A stretch of DNA of 64,000 nt. It comes from a bacterium (GTDB lineage Bacteria; Patescibacteriota; CPR2; UBA1875; JAJYID01). The position numbers and the translations under genes were made by a program. This document shows, in pieces, positions 27,181 to 36,686 of this stretch. The notes under the pieces were generated by a model. That model searched no databases. It saw nothing but the letters and a program-made list of their open reading frames with translations, and was not told the origin of the DNA. How positions within the stretch are numbered: position 1 is the stretch's first letter; every line of letters begins with the position of its first letter. The stretch spans positions 43,131-107,130 of the forward strand of contig JAJYID010000001.1 of NCBI GenBank assembly GCA_021790235.1. Reading direction: 5' to 3'.

Positions 27181-29247
27181 TCATTTCTTAGGCTGCTTTG
27201 ATATGTTCATTAACCAGATAAGGTATCCTAAACTGGTGATGCCTAATATCGCGCCAACCCAGTCTGTAAGGCCATAACTGAAGTAGAGTTTTACATGTTT
27301 GGTTGTGGGCACTATGAGCATATAAGAGGGTGATACGAGAAAGGGGCCTTTAGCACCTTTAACTCTCCAGGTGGGAAAATAGGAAACCTTGACGATGTAA
27401 GGTTGGCCTATGTTAGGGGTATCAAACTCCAGAGAATCATTTGTTTGCTTAATATTTTTTGGGATGTTTGGATCACTCTCACTTTTTATGGTTTTGAGGT
27501 ACTTTGCTTCTTTGTTACCTTGGGCAAAGACAATTGGTTGGTTTAAATCCCCGTTTTTATACCAATTAATAGATTGTGCCAGCCAGTATTTATTTTTGTT
27601 TACTACTTTAAAGTCTTTCACCGGTTCAACAAGTTGGACTTTTTTGAATTCATAAACATTAAAAGGACCAATTTTTTTTGGTTTCTTGAGTTCCGGGGAT
27701 CTATCAGCGTCACTCTTCACCTTCTCGGAATAGGCAACGAAATACCTTGCTCCTGACATTGCAAGGTGACGAATACCCTTTTCAAAGTTATAAGGCGGCA
27801 GATCAAGACCGGCGACACCTGACATCGGAGTAGTGGTAGTTTCTGCTTGATTGATAAAGACAAAAGGAGCGCTTGGGGACGACTCGACCAGAAGCCCTTC
27901 GAATGTCGGCTGATCTGAGAAAAGCGGAATATTTTCAAGTGTTCTGGTAGTACCATATTTTTTAAACTCTGGACGGTGCTCCCACATTACCCTACCCTTC
28001 GGAAGAGTTTTTAAGTAAGCAAACAGATCTGACGCTTCGGGCCATGCAGCCATTTTTTCAAATCCTCTAAAGTCTGTCTTAAACCACGAGATAGCTGGCT
28101 CTAAATGGAGACTGACTCCATAGAAAGAAATAGCTAGAACCGCAGCTAATGTTAAGAAAAAAATTTTTAGATATTTCTTTTTAAGGTAATTTAGTGCGAT
28201 TGCTAGGAAATAAGCAGCCAGAAAAAGAATGGCAAAAGAAATATACGGCAGGAAGCGGGTGTTCCAGACCATGGTGTTCGTTAACGAAAGATAGAGAAGC
28301 AGGGAGACCCAAGCCAAAGTAAAAAAAGGAATGAGCTTTCTTTCTTTATTACAGATTGCCCATCCTATGCCCAAAGCGGCTGTTATCAAAAGAGGCAGCC
28401 AGTAATCAGGTAAAAGTTCCCCTAGACTAATATTAGCGGTCCAGCTCATAGTACCGTAGTCTCCATGATAAAAAAGAACGCCTAGAGACCACCAGGCAGA
28501 GAGAAGAAAAATACCCACATAAACGAAAGCCGTATATTTTATCCCGCTTTTTAAGTCCTTTGTTTGAAAAGGGAAAGCTAAGGCAAGGGGGATAAGCAGC
28601 ATGCCGGCAATCGGATGAGTAAGCATGACTGCCGTACCGACCAGACAGTTCCAGATAAGGTATTTTTTCTCTGTCATCCCCTTATACATCAGACCGATAA
28701 ACATGAAAATTAAAAGGATACTTAAAGTATACGAAAACTCTCCGGAAGTGAGTGATGCTAAATTGCCGCCGTAGATGTTGTATTTATCCAGAAAAAGTAA
28801 AAACAAACTGAAAACCGCTCCGAGTTGGGGAGCAGGAAATCTCATATCCAGCCATTTTAAGGGGAAATAGAAAGCTAGCGGAAAAGCTAGGATTATCGAA
28901 AAAACTACTATTTTGAGGGCGACATTTAGGGGAATGATATACCCAAAAATTACTGTGATGATATACAGAAGAGGCGGATAAAAAAACAAAAATGGAAATC
29001 CGCTAAACCAGTCAGGAGACCACCATCTGATATGCGGAAAGATTTGTTTTAGGTATTCAACTACGTAAACATGAGATCCAAGGTCACCTCCGGTGAGATG
29101 GGTATTTGTGAAAACCGTTTTTATGTCAAGATTTATGAGAATAAAACCATAAACAAGTGCAAAAATTATAAAAGTAATAAAGCCTCTTTGGTGTTTGCAC
29201 AGAAAGTCATAATTGCGACCTAATTTTTGAGTTAAACCTTTCCTCAC
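27181..29247 (-). CDS. polytopic membrane protein, PTPS-related / GT-C glycosyltransferase-like
   Basis: GGDLGSH, WSPDWFSGFPFLFFYPPL, YGGNLASLTSGEFSY, many TM helices, C-terminal VKVSYFPTWRV...VSPSYM. Confidence 0.75.
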   Translation of the reverse strand: MRKGLTQKLGRNYDFLCKHQRGFITFIIFALVYGFILINLDIKTVFTNTHLTGGDLGSHVYVVEYLKQIFPHIRWWSPDWFSGFPFLFFYPPLLYIITVIFGYIIPLNVALKIVVFSIILAFPLAFYFPLKWLDMRFPAPQLGAVFSLFLLFLDKYNIYGGNLASLTSGEFSYTLSILLIFMFIGLMYKGMTEKKYLIWNCLVGTAVMLTHPIAGMLLIPLALAFPFQTKDLKSGIKYTAFVYVGIFLLSAWWSLGVLFYHGDYGTMSWTANISLGELLPDYWLPLLITAALGIGWAICNKERKLIPFFTLAWVSLLLYLSLTNTMVWNTRFLPYISFAILFLAAYFLAIALNYLKKKYLKIFFLTLAAVLAISFYGVSLHLEPAISWFKTDFRGFEKMAAWPEASDLFAYLKTLPKGRVMWEHRPEFKKYGTTRTLENIPLFSDQPTFEGLLVESSPSAPFVFINQAETTTTPMSGVAGLDLPPYNFEKGIRHLAMSGARYFVAYSEKVKSDADRSPELKKPKKIGPFNVYEFKKVQLVEPVKDFKVVNKNKYWLAQSINWYKNGDLNQPIVFAQGNKEAKYLKTIKSESDPNIPKNIKQTNDSLEFDTPNIGQPYIVKVSYFPTWRVKGAKGPFLVSPSYMLIVPTTKHVKLYFSYGLTDWVGAILGITSLGYLIWLMNISKQPKK

Positions 29248-29299
29248 ATCCTCAGTTTACCATAAATGTTTTCTAGGTGGATGATAGCCGGCAACGATT

Positions 29300-30328
29300 T
29301 TAGGAAGCAGGCAGTTGCGCTGCATTTTGTGGTTCTTGGAAAGAATAATGTTCATTAAAGTTGGAGAGTTTAATATCTAGGGAGGCGCTCCAAGATGTTT
29401 TGTCTTGGCTGAGCTGAAACTGTAAATTAGCTTCATGAAGTTGGTGATCTTTCTTGCCGATATAAAGGTCGCCCTTTGCCAGCGCAGTAGTCTTGTTTAA
29501 ATTATTACTAAAATCATCTGTCAACTGAAAACCACCGGCTGTTAAAAGAGTTGTTCCATAATAAGCCACAGCGTTTTCTTTGCCGTAATCAAAGTGGTAA
29601 TGATAACAATCAATGCTATCCACTTTTTCATCTTTCATTTGGACTGCTTGCTTTTCAAATAGGTTAGAGTTGATAACACTGCTGGGAAAGCTAAAAGGCA
29701 GATTATTATAATCTTTCCCTCTATACCATTGATTTTCATTCATTTTGGAATTCTCTAAAGCGTTTTGTGAAGACTTAATAATCTTTGCATATTGTTTCGC
29801 ACCAAGGACTATATTTTGGCTGTCACTTTCAAAACCTTGGGAAATTGTTTTGGTTGAATAATCTTTTTTAATACTGTTTGTATTACTGTAGTCGTAATGG
29901 CCATCGATTAAAGTAGTAGTTTCAGTCCCCTGCACCGGTTTCTGAGATATCTTAGTTTCCATTTGGTATGCTTTTAGGTTTTCTGCACTTTGTATAATCT
30001 GGTCTTTCACTTTGGCCGGCGAGCTATTCAAAAAAATGAGAGATACCGCTGTTCCAATCACAACAATCACAGCAACTATTGCGAAGACCCTCCAGACAGA
30101 TACAAAGAGGGATAATACCTTTGAAAATAATGAAGAATAACTTTGGATTGGTTCGGCTGCTTCTTGAGGATGCAAATTAATATTAGTTGTAGAAGCATTA
30201 TCACCCAAAACTTCAAAAATGGTTGACTCTTGCCAACCATTTTTTTTGAGCTCTAAAGCTATATCTTGATCACTTAGCCCGGCAGCTCTTGAGTTTCTGA
30301 CATATTGCTCTAATCTTGGGTCTGCCAT
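29300..30328 (-). CDS. membrane-anchored LppX/LolA-like beta-fold protein
   Basis: N-terminal helical domain (LEQYV...GLSDQDI...GWQ), one TM, DEKVDSIDCYHY, YIGKKDH, SNFN...EP; paralog of 56211-57404. Confidence 0.6.
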   Translation of the reverse strand: MADPRLEQYVRNSRAAGLSDQDIALELKKNGWQESTIFEVLGDNASTTNINLHPQEAAEPIQSYSSLFSKVLSLFVSVWRVFAIVAVIVVIGTAVSLIFLNSSPAKVKDQIIQSAENLKAYQMETKISQKPVQGTETTTLIDGHYDYSNTNSIKKDYSTKTISQGFESDSQNIVLGAKQYAKIIKSSQNALENSKMNENQWYRGKDYNNLPFSFPSSVINSNLFEKQAVQMKDEKVDSIDCYHYHFDYGKENAVAYYGTTLLTAGGFQLTDDFSNNLNKTTALAKGDLYIGKKDHQLHEANLQFQLSQDKTSWSASLDIKLSNFNEHYSFQEPQNAAQLPAS

Positions 30329-30358
30329 TTAATTCCCCGGCAAATATTTTGAAAATTT

Positions 30359-30778
30359 TTAAGAGGGTTTAACTTTAATTTTTTTAGATTTAACTTTGAC
30401 AAATTTCGGTACGCGGATGGTGAGGATACCGTTTTTGAAAGCTGCATCTGCTTTATCGCTATCACACTCTACCGGGAGCATTACAGTTCTGGCAAAGGCA
30501 CCCCAATAACATTCCTGGAAGTGATATCCTTCTTGGTCGACTTCTTTTTCGTCAAATCTCTCACCTCGAATTGACACCGATTCATTCGTAACATCTATAT
30601 CGATGTTTTCCGGGTCTACTCCGGCAATAGGGGCTTTAATGACTACATCTTTGTTCGTTTGATAAACATCAACTGCCAACTGGCCCTCGACATCATTATC
30701 TGAACCTGATTCCCAGTTAGTTCCAGCAAGTCCACTTGCAAAGAAGCTTTCATCGGTTAGAGTACTGTCTTTTTTCAT
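30359..30778 (-). CDS. Hsp20/alpha-crystallin small heat-shock protein
   Basis: GQLAVDVYQT, APIAGV, ECYWGAFARTVMLP, FKNGILTIRVPK; GGAGG RBS before the ATG at 30778. Confidence 0.92.
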   Translation of the reverse strand: MKKDSTLTDESFFASGLAGTNWESGSDNDVEGQLAVDVYQTNKDVVIKAPIAGVDPENIDIDVTNESVSIRGERFDEKEVDQEGYHFQECYWGAFARTVMLPVECDSDKADAAFKNGILTIRVPKFVKVKSKKIKVKPS

Positions 30779-30884
30779 ATACCCTCCTAGCACTTTAAAA
30801 TCCAATAATTTGTTGCTATCATAGTAGCTCACATTCATTAGTAATGCAAGAGGAAATTTGGGTAAAATTGCGGTAAGAAATCAA

Positions 30885-31580
30885 ATGAAGCGACAGTGGG
30901 TGTCAGAATTTCTACTTGATATATTATTTCCCAAAAAATGTGTGTCTTGCGGCAAGTTGGACTCGCTTTTCTGTGAGAAATGCCAGGCGAAAATACTTTA
31001 TTTAAAAACCCAAAACTGTCCATACTGCAATAAGATTACGGTTCGGGGCAGAGTCTGTCCCAGCTGTAAAAGCTCATATAAAAGCGCTTTGACCGGCGTG
31101 TATGTTGTAGCGCATTTTGAGACATCTTTAAAGGAGGCTATTCATCAATTTAAATACGAGTTTATTAAGTCGCTGCGGGAAGATCTGGCTGATATCGCCT
31201 GGCCGTTATTAAATGATTTTCCCCAGAAGGCTATCTTGACCTGTGTGCCGTCAAACTCCAAAAGACTTGCTTGGCGGGGGTATAATCAGGCTGAAGAGTT
31301 GGCGCGAATTTTGGCTAAACGTACCGGCATGAGGTTTTACCCAAACTTATTGAAGCGAACCAGCTATAAGGCTCCACAGACCCAACTGGGCAGAAAAGAC
31401 AGATTTAAAAATGTCAGAAATACATTTGTCGAAGATAAAAGCTTTGATCTAAGCGGTAAGCAAGTAATCATAGTTGATGATTTAGTCACAAGCGGAGCGA
31501 CTTTAGATGCTTGCGCTCACGAAATCCGCAAAATGGGAGCGACGAGAGTCTGGGGCTTTGCATTGGCTAGAAATAAGTAG
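30885..31580 (+). CDS. comF: ComF-family protein (Zn ribbon + PRTase)
   Basis: LFPKKCVSCG, CxxC x4, RGYNQAEELA, IIVDDLVTSGATL. Confidence 0.92.
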   Translation: MKRQWVSEFLLDILFPKKCVSCGKLDSLFCEKCQAKILYLKTQNCPYCNKITVRGRVCPSCKSSYKSALTGVYVVAHFETSLKEAIHQFKYEFIKSLREDLADIAWPLLNDFPQKAILTCVPSNSKRLAWRGYNQAEELARILAKRTGMRFYPNLLKRTSYKAPQTQLGRKDRFKNVRNTFVEDKSFDLSGKQVIIVDDLVTSGATLDACAHEIRKMGATRVWGFALARNK

Positions 31581-31680
31581 CATTAAGCCACCATTTCTAA
31601 ACAGAGTATAATTAATTCAATGAAAATCCTTTTTTGTTGAGTCAATGATCTCATTAAAGATTAAGAATCATTTAGAAAAA

Positions 31681-33300
31681 TTATTCTTTTATCACCTTCA
31701 GTACTTCCACGATATCGACTATTCCCGCAATAGCTTTTAGGAAACCGTCTTGTTCCATAGTCAGCATACCGTCACTCACGGCTATGTTTTTAAGTTCATG
31801 CAGGGTATCGTTTTCAACCACAGATTTCTGAAAATCAGGTGAAACCCTAAGCAGTTCAAAAATGCCGATTCGTCCCTTGTAACCTATGTCTGTGCATTTG
31901 TCACAACCCTTGCCGTGGAAAAACTCGGGTGCCTTTTTGGGCTTGTGTTCTATGGGCAGAGACTCGAAAATTTTGTTAATTTCAGTCATTTCACCTTCTG
32001 TGGGCTTGTATTCTTCTCGGCAATGGGTGCAGATTTTTCTAACCAAGCGCTGAGCGATAATAATATTAACGGCATCAAGAAAGGATGAAGCATCATCGAC
32101 TAGACCAATGATTCTCGGGACAGCGGTGACAGCATCATTGGCATGTAAAGTGGTGATGAGCAAGTGCCCGGTAATGGCAGCTTGAAGGGCGGTTTTTGCC
32201 GTTTCAGCATCTCTTATTTCTCCGAGCATTATGATATCCGGGTCTTCTCGAAGGACTGCCTTTAGTCTATTGGCAAAGCTTTCACCTTCATTAATCTGTG
32301 ATTGTGTCACTCCGTCTAATGTATATTCGATCGGATCTTCTAAAGTAATGAGTTTGATTTCCGGCGCATTAAGTCTGTTTAAAATGGAATAAATAGTTGT
32401 GGTTTTACCTGAACCAGTTGGCCCAACAACCAAAATCATGCCGTGAGGACGCATGAGTGCCGATTCTAAAATTGGCAGCTGGACATCGCGGATACCAATT
32501 TCTTCCAAATCCAGAAGTTCCGCTTCCACGTTAAAAATACGAATGACAATGTCGTATCCATACAGCGATGGCATGATTTCTATTCTGACAGCTAGTTCAT
32601 CTTGATCGTCGAACTTAACCTTGAATCGGCCATTTTGCGGGTAGTTTACATTTAGTTTTAACCCGGACCTTAGTTCTACCTGTGATAATAAATATTTATA
32701 CTTTTCTTTTGATAGATCGCCGGCCTTATGCAGTACTCCATCCATTCGGAAACGGATAGTGGCTTTTTCTTCGCCTGGTTCGATGTGAATATCAGAAGCA
32801 TTTAAGGCGAAGCCTTCGACAACCACAACTTTCAAAAGATTTTGTATTTCGGTGTTATCTACATTTTGTTGAAACTCCTCGAAGGATTTTTTGTTGATTT
32901 TTATCTCAGTGACATCAACTTCACCTGCTGCTTCCTGAGGTGCGACTCTAACGATATTTTTCAGAAGCTCTTGGTTGTCCTCAAAACTTTCGTTAGAGAT
33001 CATTCCTATGGTTATCTTAGGGTAAAGCTTTATATATTTTTTCTTAAATTCATCTATTTTCCCGGATTTTGGGTTTGGGGAAGCAATAACTAAAGCGCCT
33101 TTTTCTTCTTTGATTGGAATAACTGCATAGTTAAAGAAATCTTCCGGGTAAAAGTTTTCTAAAATTTCCTTGGAAAGGGTGGTATATCTAAGATCAAAGT
33201 AAGGAATATCCAGTCGACCCGCTTCCTCGCTGACTTTTTGTTCGAGCGAATTACGGTTCACCAGCTTGGCTTTTGAAATTATGTCTAGATTATCTGTCAT
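31681..33300 (-). CDS. GspE/PilB-family pilus assembly ATPase
   Basis: ASDIHIEP, GPTGSGKTTT, LEDPIEY, LREDPDIIMLGEIRD, TGHLLITTLHAN, CxxC...GCDKC. Confidence 0.93.
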   Translation of the reverse strand: MTDNLDIISKAKLVNRNSLEQKVSEEAGRLDIPYFDLRYTTLSKEILENFYPEDFFNYAVIPIKEEKGALVIASPNPKSGKIDEFKKKYIKLYPKITIGMISNESFEDNQELLKNIVRVAPQEAAGEVDVTEIKINKKSFEEFQQNVDNTEIQNLLKVVVVEGFALNASDIHIEPGEEKATIRFRMDGVLHKAGDLSKEKYKYLLSQVELRSGLKLNVNYPQNGRFKVKFDDQDELAVRIEIMPSLYGYDIVIRIFNVEAELLDLEEIGIRDVQLPILESALMRPHGMILVVGPTGSGKTTTIYSILNRLNAPEIKLITLEDPIEYTLDGVTQSQINEGESFANRLKAVLREDPDIIMLGEIRDAETAKTALQAAITGHLLITTLHANDAVTAVPRIIGLVDDASSFLDAVNIIIAQRLVRKICTHCREEYKPTEGEMTEINKIFESLPIEHKPKKAPEFFHGKGCDKCTDIGYKGRIGIFELLRVSPDFQKSVVENDTLHELKNIAVSDGMLTMEQDGFLKAIAGIVDIVEVLKVIKE

Positions 33301-33362
33301 GGCTTAAATAATAGCATAATTCAATTGAAAAAACACTCAAAACCCGCTATAATACATGGGTT

Positions 33363-33452
<90 letters not shown>

Positions 33453-33475
33453 TTGATATGATATCATTGAGCCGT

Positions 33476-33568
33476 GGTGAGGTACCCAAGTGGCTGAAGG
33501 GGCGGGTTTGCTAAACCTGTAGGTCGGAGTTTTCCGGCGCGAGAGTTCGAATCTCTCCCTCACCGCCA
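33476..33568 (+). tRNA. tRNA-Ser(GCT)
   Basis: CGGGT-TT-GCT-AA-ACCTG anticodon arm, long variable arm, GTTCGAATC, CCA. Confidence 0.95.
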
Positions 33569-33789
33569 GATAAAAGTTTGAGACCATTTGCTATTTTTTT
33601 TAAGTTCAAAGTCTTGGAATTTCTTCTCTGCTCTTATTGTTAGCCGTTTTTTTAGATATACATCCAAGATAAAAATTTAACTCAAAAACAGGCCGTTTAG
33701 GGTATGGAGTCTCTAAAAAAGATTTTGAAGAGATTGTCTTTTTTACTGTAGATAATTATAATTTAATAAGATCTTAATATAAAATAAAA

Positions 33790-34437
33790 TTGCAAATGAG
33801 AAAAAAAATCTTGTTAACGGTTCTAGTTGGTGTCTTACCAGCCTTTATGAAGGGGTATACTTATGCTGCTGCTGGTGCATCAACAAGTATTCCCAGTATT
33901 AATGCCCCGTCTGCCACTTTTTCACACATAGGAGATAATGGTGTTAGCGGCATAGTTAATACGATTACTAAGTTTGGAGGTTGGCTACTCCTTATTGCAG
34001 GCGCTTTAGCGGTTGTTATGGTAGTTATAGGTGGATTGCGTTACATGACGTCTATGGGGAATTCTCAACAGGCAGAAGCAGCGAAAAAAACTATCACTTA
34101 TGCCATTATTGGTTTAATTGTTATTGTTCTTTCAGCATTTATAGTTCGGTTGACAATCTTTATCGCCAATTCATTATCAAAACCACAAGCCGTTCAAAGC
34201 ATTGAAACTAACATTAAAAATGGAACTCTGAAAGGTAGGGTGAGCAGCTGTATATATCAGAGTAAGATGGTATACAATGTGCCCTTATCTCCTACGGCTA
34301 CTCCTGAGTCTTATTCAAGTGAGTTACTGGACGATCAAGGCCAACACCTTTGTTACACAGGAGGAGGATTTACGGGTCAAGGCGATATTAGTGCGCATTG
34401 TCCGGGTTTTGATCCATCCAAGTGCCCAGCGTATTAA
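33790..34437 (+). CDS. orphan VirB2-like T4SS pilin with a Cys-containing C-terminal extension
   Basis: GGWLLLIAGALAVVMVVIGGLRYMTSMGNSQQAEAAKKTITYAIIGL is nearly identical to the core of 21752-22108. Start possibly 33796. Confidence 0.85.
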   Translation: MQMRKKILLTVLVGVLPAFMKGYTYAAAGASTSIPSINAPSATFSHIGDNGVSGIVNTITKFGGWLLLIAGALAVVMVVIGGLRYMTSMGNSQQAEAAKKTITYAIIGLIVIVLSAFIVRLTIFIANSLSKPQAVQSIETNIKNGTLKGRVSSCIYQSKMVYNVPLSPTATPESYSSELLDDQGQHLCYTGGGFTGQGDISAHCPGFDPSKCPAY

Positions 34438-34451
34438 ATAAGTTTCTATAT

Positions 34452-34542
34452 GGTGAGGTGGCCGAGTGGCTTAAGGCGCACGCTTGGAAAGCGTGTAAGC
34501 CCCACAAGGGCTTCCAGGGTTCGAATCCCTGTCTCACCGCCA
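34452..34542 (+). tRNA. tRNA-Ser(GGA)
   Basis: CACGC-TT-GGA-AA-GCGTG, long variable arm, CCA. Confidence 0.96.
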
Positions 34543-34597
34543 GTTTAAAGTCATTAAATTACTATTAATTCGAAGAACAAAAGAGTATAATTAGATT

Positions 34598-35359
34598 ATG
34601 GAGGAGGAGAATCTAAACAACTTGAGTATGGATGATGCTGCGTCGGCGCTAAACCCAGATCAGGATATAAATAATCCTATGAGTGCTGGATTTAATAATG
34701 TTGATAGTATTGCAACACCTAACAATCAAAAAAATATAGCACAAAGTAGCAATGTTGCACCACCAGAAGAATCTAACATATTGCCCGTATCTAATAATGT
34801 AACATCGGACGATGCGATGAACACGGATAATTTTGGCCCGAGAGCAAGCATAAGTCAAGCTAATATTACTCAAAGGCCACCAGGTCAAATTGGAGACTCA
34901 TTTCATAAAAGTGTATTTGAGGTTACGGATAATTATATCCCCCACAGGGGAATCCCCTGGTATGTTTGCTTTGTGATAGTTTTCATGGTTTCCAGCGCGC
35001 TAGTTGTATTTTTTGCTGATTGGGCAATCTTATTTGTTCTTGTGGCTGCAGCTAGTGTTCTTCTGTGGCGAGGTCACCAAGGCGTAAGAATGAATTTGGA
35101 AGTCACAGAAAAAGCTATTATCATACAGAATAAAACTTTTATGTTTGACAAAATTAATAGTTTTTACATTTCACCTATAGGTGATCATTTGGCTCTTCAT
35201 ATTATATTAATGAAAAAATATGTTCCTAAACTAACTTTTATCTTTTTTAATCACGATGATGCAGACGAAGTATGCAGGAAAATGGATCCATATGTTCCTT
35301 TTCAGGGTCTAAAAGATGAAAGTTATATAGATCTCCTAATTCATAGGTTGAAGCTTTAG
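34598..35359 (+). CDS. hypothetical membrane protein (disordered N-terminus, 2 TM helices, PH-like C-terminus)
   Basis: Low-complexity N/S/D-rich N-terminus, TM hairpin, beta-rich tail ending LKL. Confidence 0.7.
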   Translation: MEEENLNNLSMDDAASALNPDQDINNPMSAGFNNVDSIATPNNQKNIAQSSNVAPPEESNILPVSNNVTSDDAMNTDNFGPRASISQANITQRPPGQIGDSFHKSVFEVTDNYIPHRGIPWYVCFVIVFMVSSALVVFFADWAILFVLVAAASVLLWRGHQGVRMNLEVTEKAIIIQNKTFMFDKINSFYISPIGDHLALHIILMKKYVPKLTFIFFNHDDADEVCRKMDPYVPFQGLKDESYIDLLIHRLKL

Positions 35360-35421
35360 TTTGATTGTCTTAAATATTTGTTAGGGCTAAAATAAACCGT
35401 AAACTTTTTTCACGGTATGAT

Positions 35422-35497
<76 letters not shown>

Positions 35498-35522
35498 AGT
35501 TAATATTTTTGGATTATAAATC

Positions 35523-36074
35523 ATGTATATTGAAATCTTACTTTTAGTTATTATTTTTATTCTTGCGGAAATCACTCATCTGATTTTTCTATATTATCTT
35601 TTGATTTTGGTTTTCCTGCTTTGTCTTCCCGGGATCTTTGCTCTTTTTACGGCTCCATATGTGCCCAGTCTGAAGAAAAATGCTGAAGCCATGATAAAGC
35701 TTGCTGATGTCAAGCCGGGTATGAAGGTTTATGAGCTCGGAGCAGGAGATGGAAGATTGGTGACAAAAATGGCAGAGCAGGGGGCTGAAGTTGTAGGATA
35801 TGAAATATCTTTTGCTCTTTTTCTATTTTTTTGGTTTAAGAAAACAATTTTTTTTAAAAAAGGCCGAGTTTTTTGGGGGAATATATGGACGAAAGATATA
35901 TCTGATGCTGATGTAGTAGTATGCTTTCTTATGCCTAATGCTATGAAAAAGTTTTCCGAAAAGAAGTTTAGCACAATGAAAAAAGGAGCTAGGCTGGTCA
36001 CAAATACTTTCGGGTTACCAGGTAAAAAGCCGAAAAAAACACAAAACGGAGTATATTTATATATAAAAGATTAG
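35523..36074 (+). CDS. membrane-anchored class I SAM-dependent methyltransferase
   Basis: N-terminal TM helices, APYVPS, YELGAGDGR, VGYEIS, ADVVVCFL. Confidence 0.88.
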   Translation: MYIEILLLVIIFILAEITHLIFLYYLLILVFLLCLPGIFALFTAPYVPSLKKNAEAMIKLADVKPGMKVYELGAGDGRLVTKMAEQGAEVVGYEISFALFLFFWFKKTIFFKKGRVFWGNIWTKDISDADVVVCFLMPNAMKKFSEKKFSTMKKGARLVTNTFGLPGKKPKKTQNGVYLYIKD

Positions 36075-36077
36075 TTT

Positions 36078-36167
36078 GGTGGGATGACTGAGTGGTCGAA
36101 AGTGCCGCACTCGAAATGCGGTGTCCGTGAAAGCGGACCGGGGGTTCGAATCCCTCTCCCACCGCCA
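36078..36167 (+). tRNA. tRNA-Ser(CGA)
   Basis: CCGCA-CT-CGA-AA-TGCGG, long variable arm, CCA. Confidence 0.95.
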
Positions 36168-36175
36168 AGACAAAA

Positions 36176-36673
36176 ATGTTTCAAATACAGCAATTAAGCC
36201 AAGGGTATCTTCAACAAGCTCGAAAACTAGGAGACTCAGTTTTCTATTATGAAAAAGTCTCTCCAAGTGTAGAAATCGGAGCAAATTTAAACAAAAAGAA
36301 TTTTCAGAAATTTCAAATCAAATATAAAAATGCAATTTCCACAGAGAGTTATATCGCTTTAGATGATGGAAAAGTTATAGGCATTTCTGGTCTCTATCAG
36401 GTTAAAGAAGATTCTTCAGAAGGGGTTTTCTGGCTGGGATGGTTTTGCATTGATCCCGAGCATCAAGGGCAAGGTGTAGGCAGTATGCTTCTAGATTATA
36501 CAATTGAGCAAGCAAATAAGAAGAATGCGCAATGTATTAGACTTTATACTTCAACCAGACCAGAAGAAGCGAAAGCTCAGTTTTTGTATGAGAAAAAGGG
36601 CTTTAAGGTGATGAGTAGAGAAACTAAACCTGATGGACAGTATGAAATATTTTATAGAGAAAAAACGCTGTAA
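36176..36673 (+). CDS. GNAT-family N-acetyltransferase
   Basis: WFCIDPEHQGQGVGSMLL, AQFLYEKKGF. Confidence 0.9.
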   Translation: MFQIQQLSQGYLQQARKLGDSVFYYEKVSPSVEIGANLNKKNFQKFQIKYKNAISTESYIALDDGKVIGISGLYQVKEDSSEGVFWLGWFCIDPEHQGQGVGSMLLDYTIEQANKKNAQCIRLYTSTRPEEAKAQFLYEKKGFKVMSRETKPDGQYEIFYREKTL

Positions 36674-36686
36674 TTTAATTCAGCAT

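Noticed and set aside
30785-30820. CIRCE upstream of hsp20
   Set aside because: Only one half-site-like TAGCACT is present, with no matching arm at 9-nt spacing.
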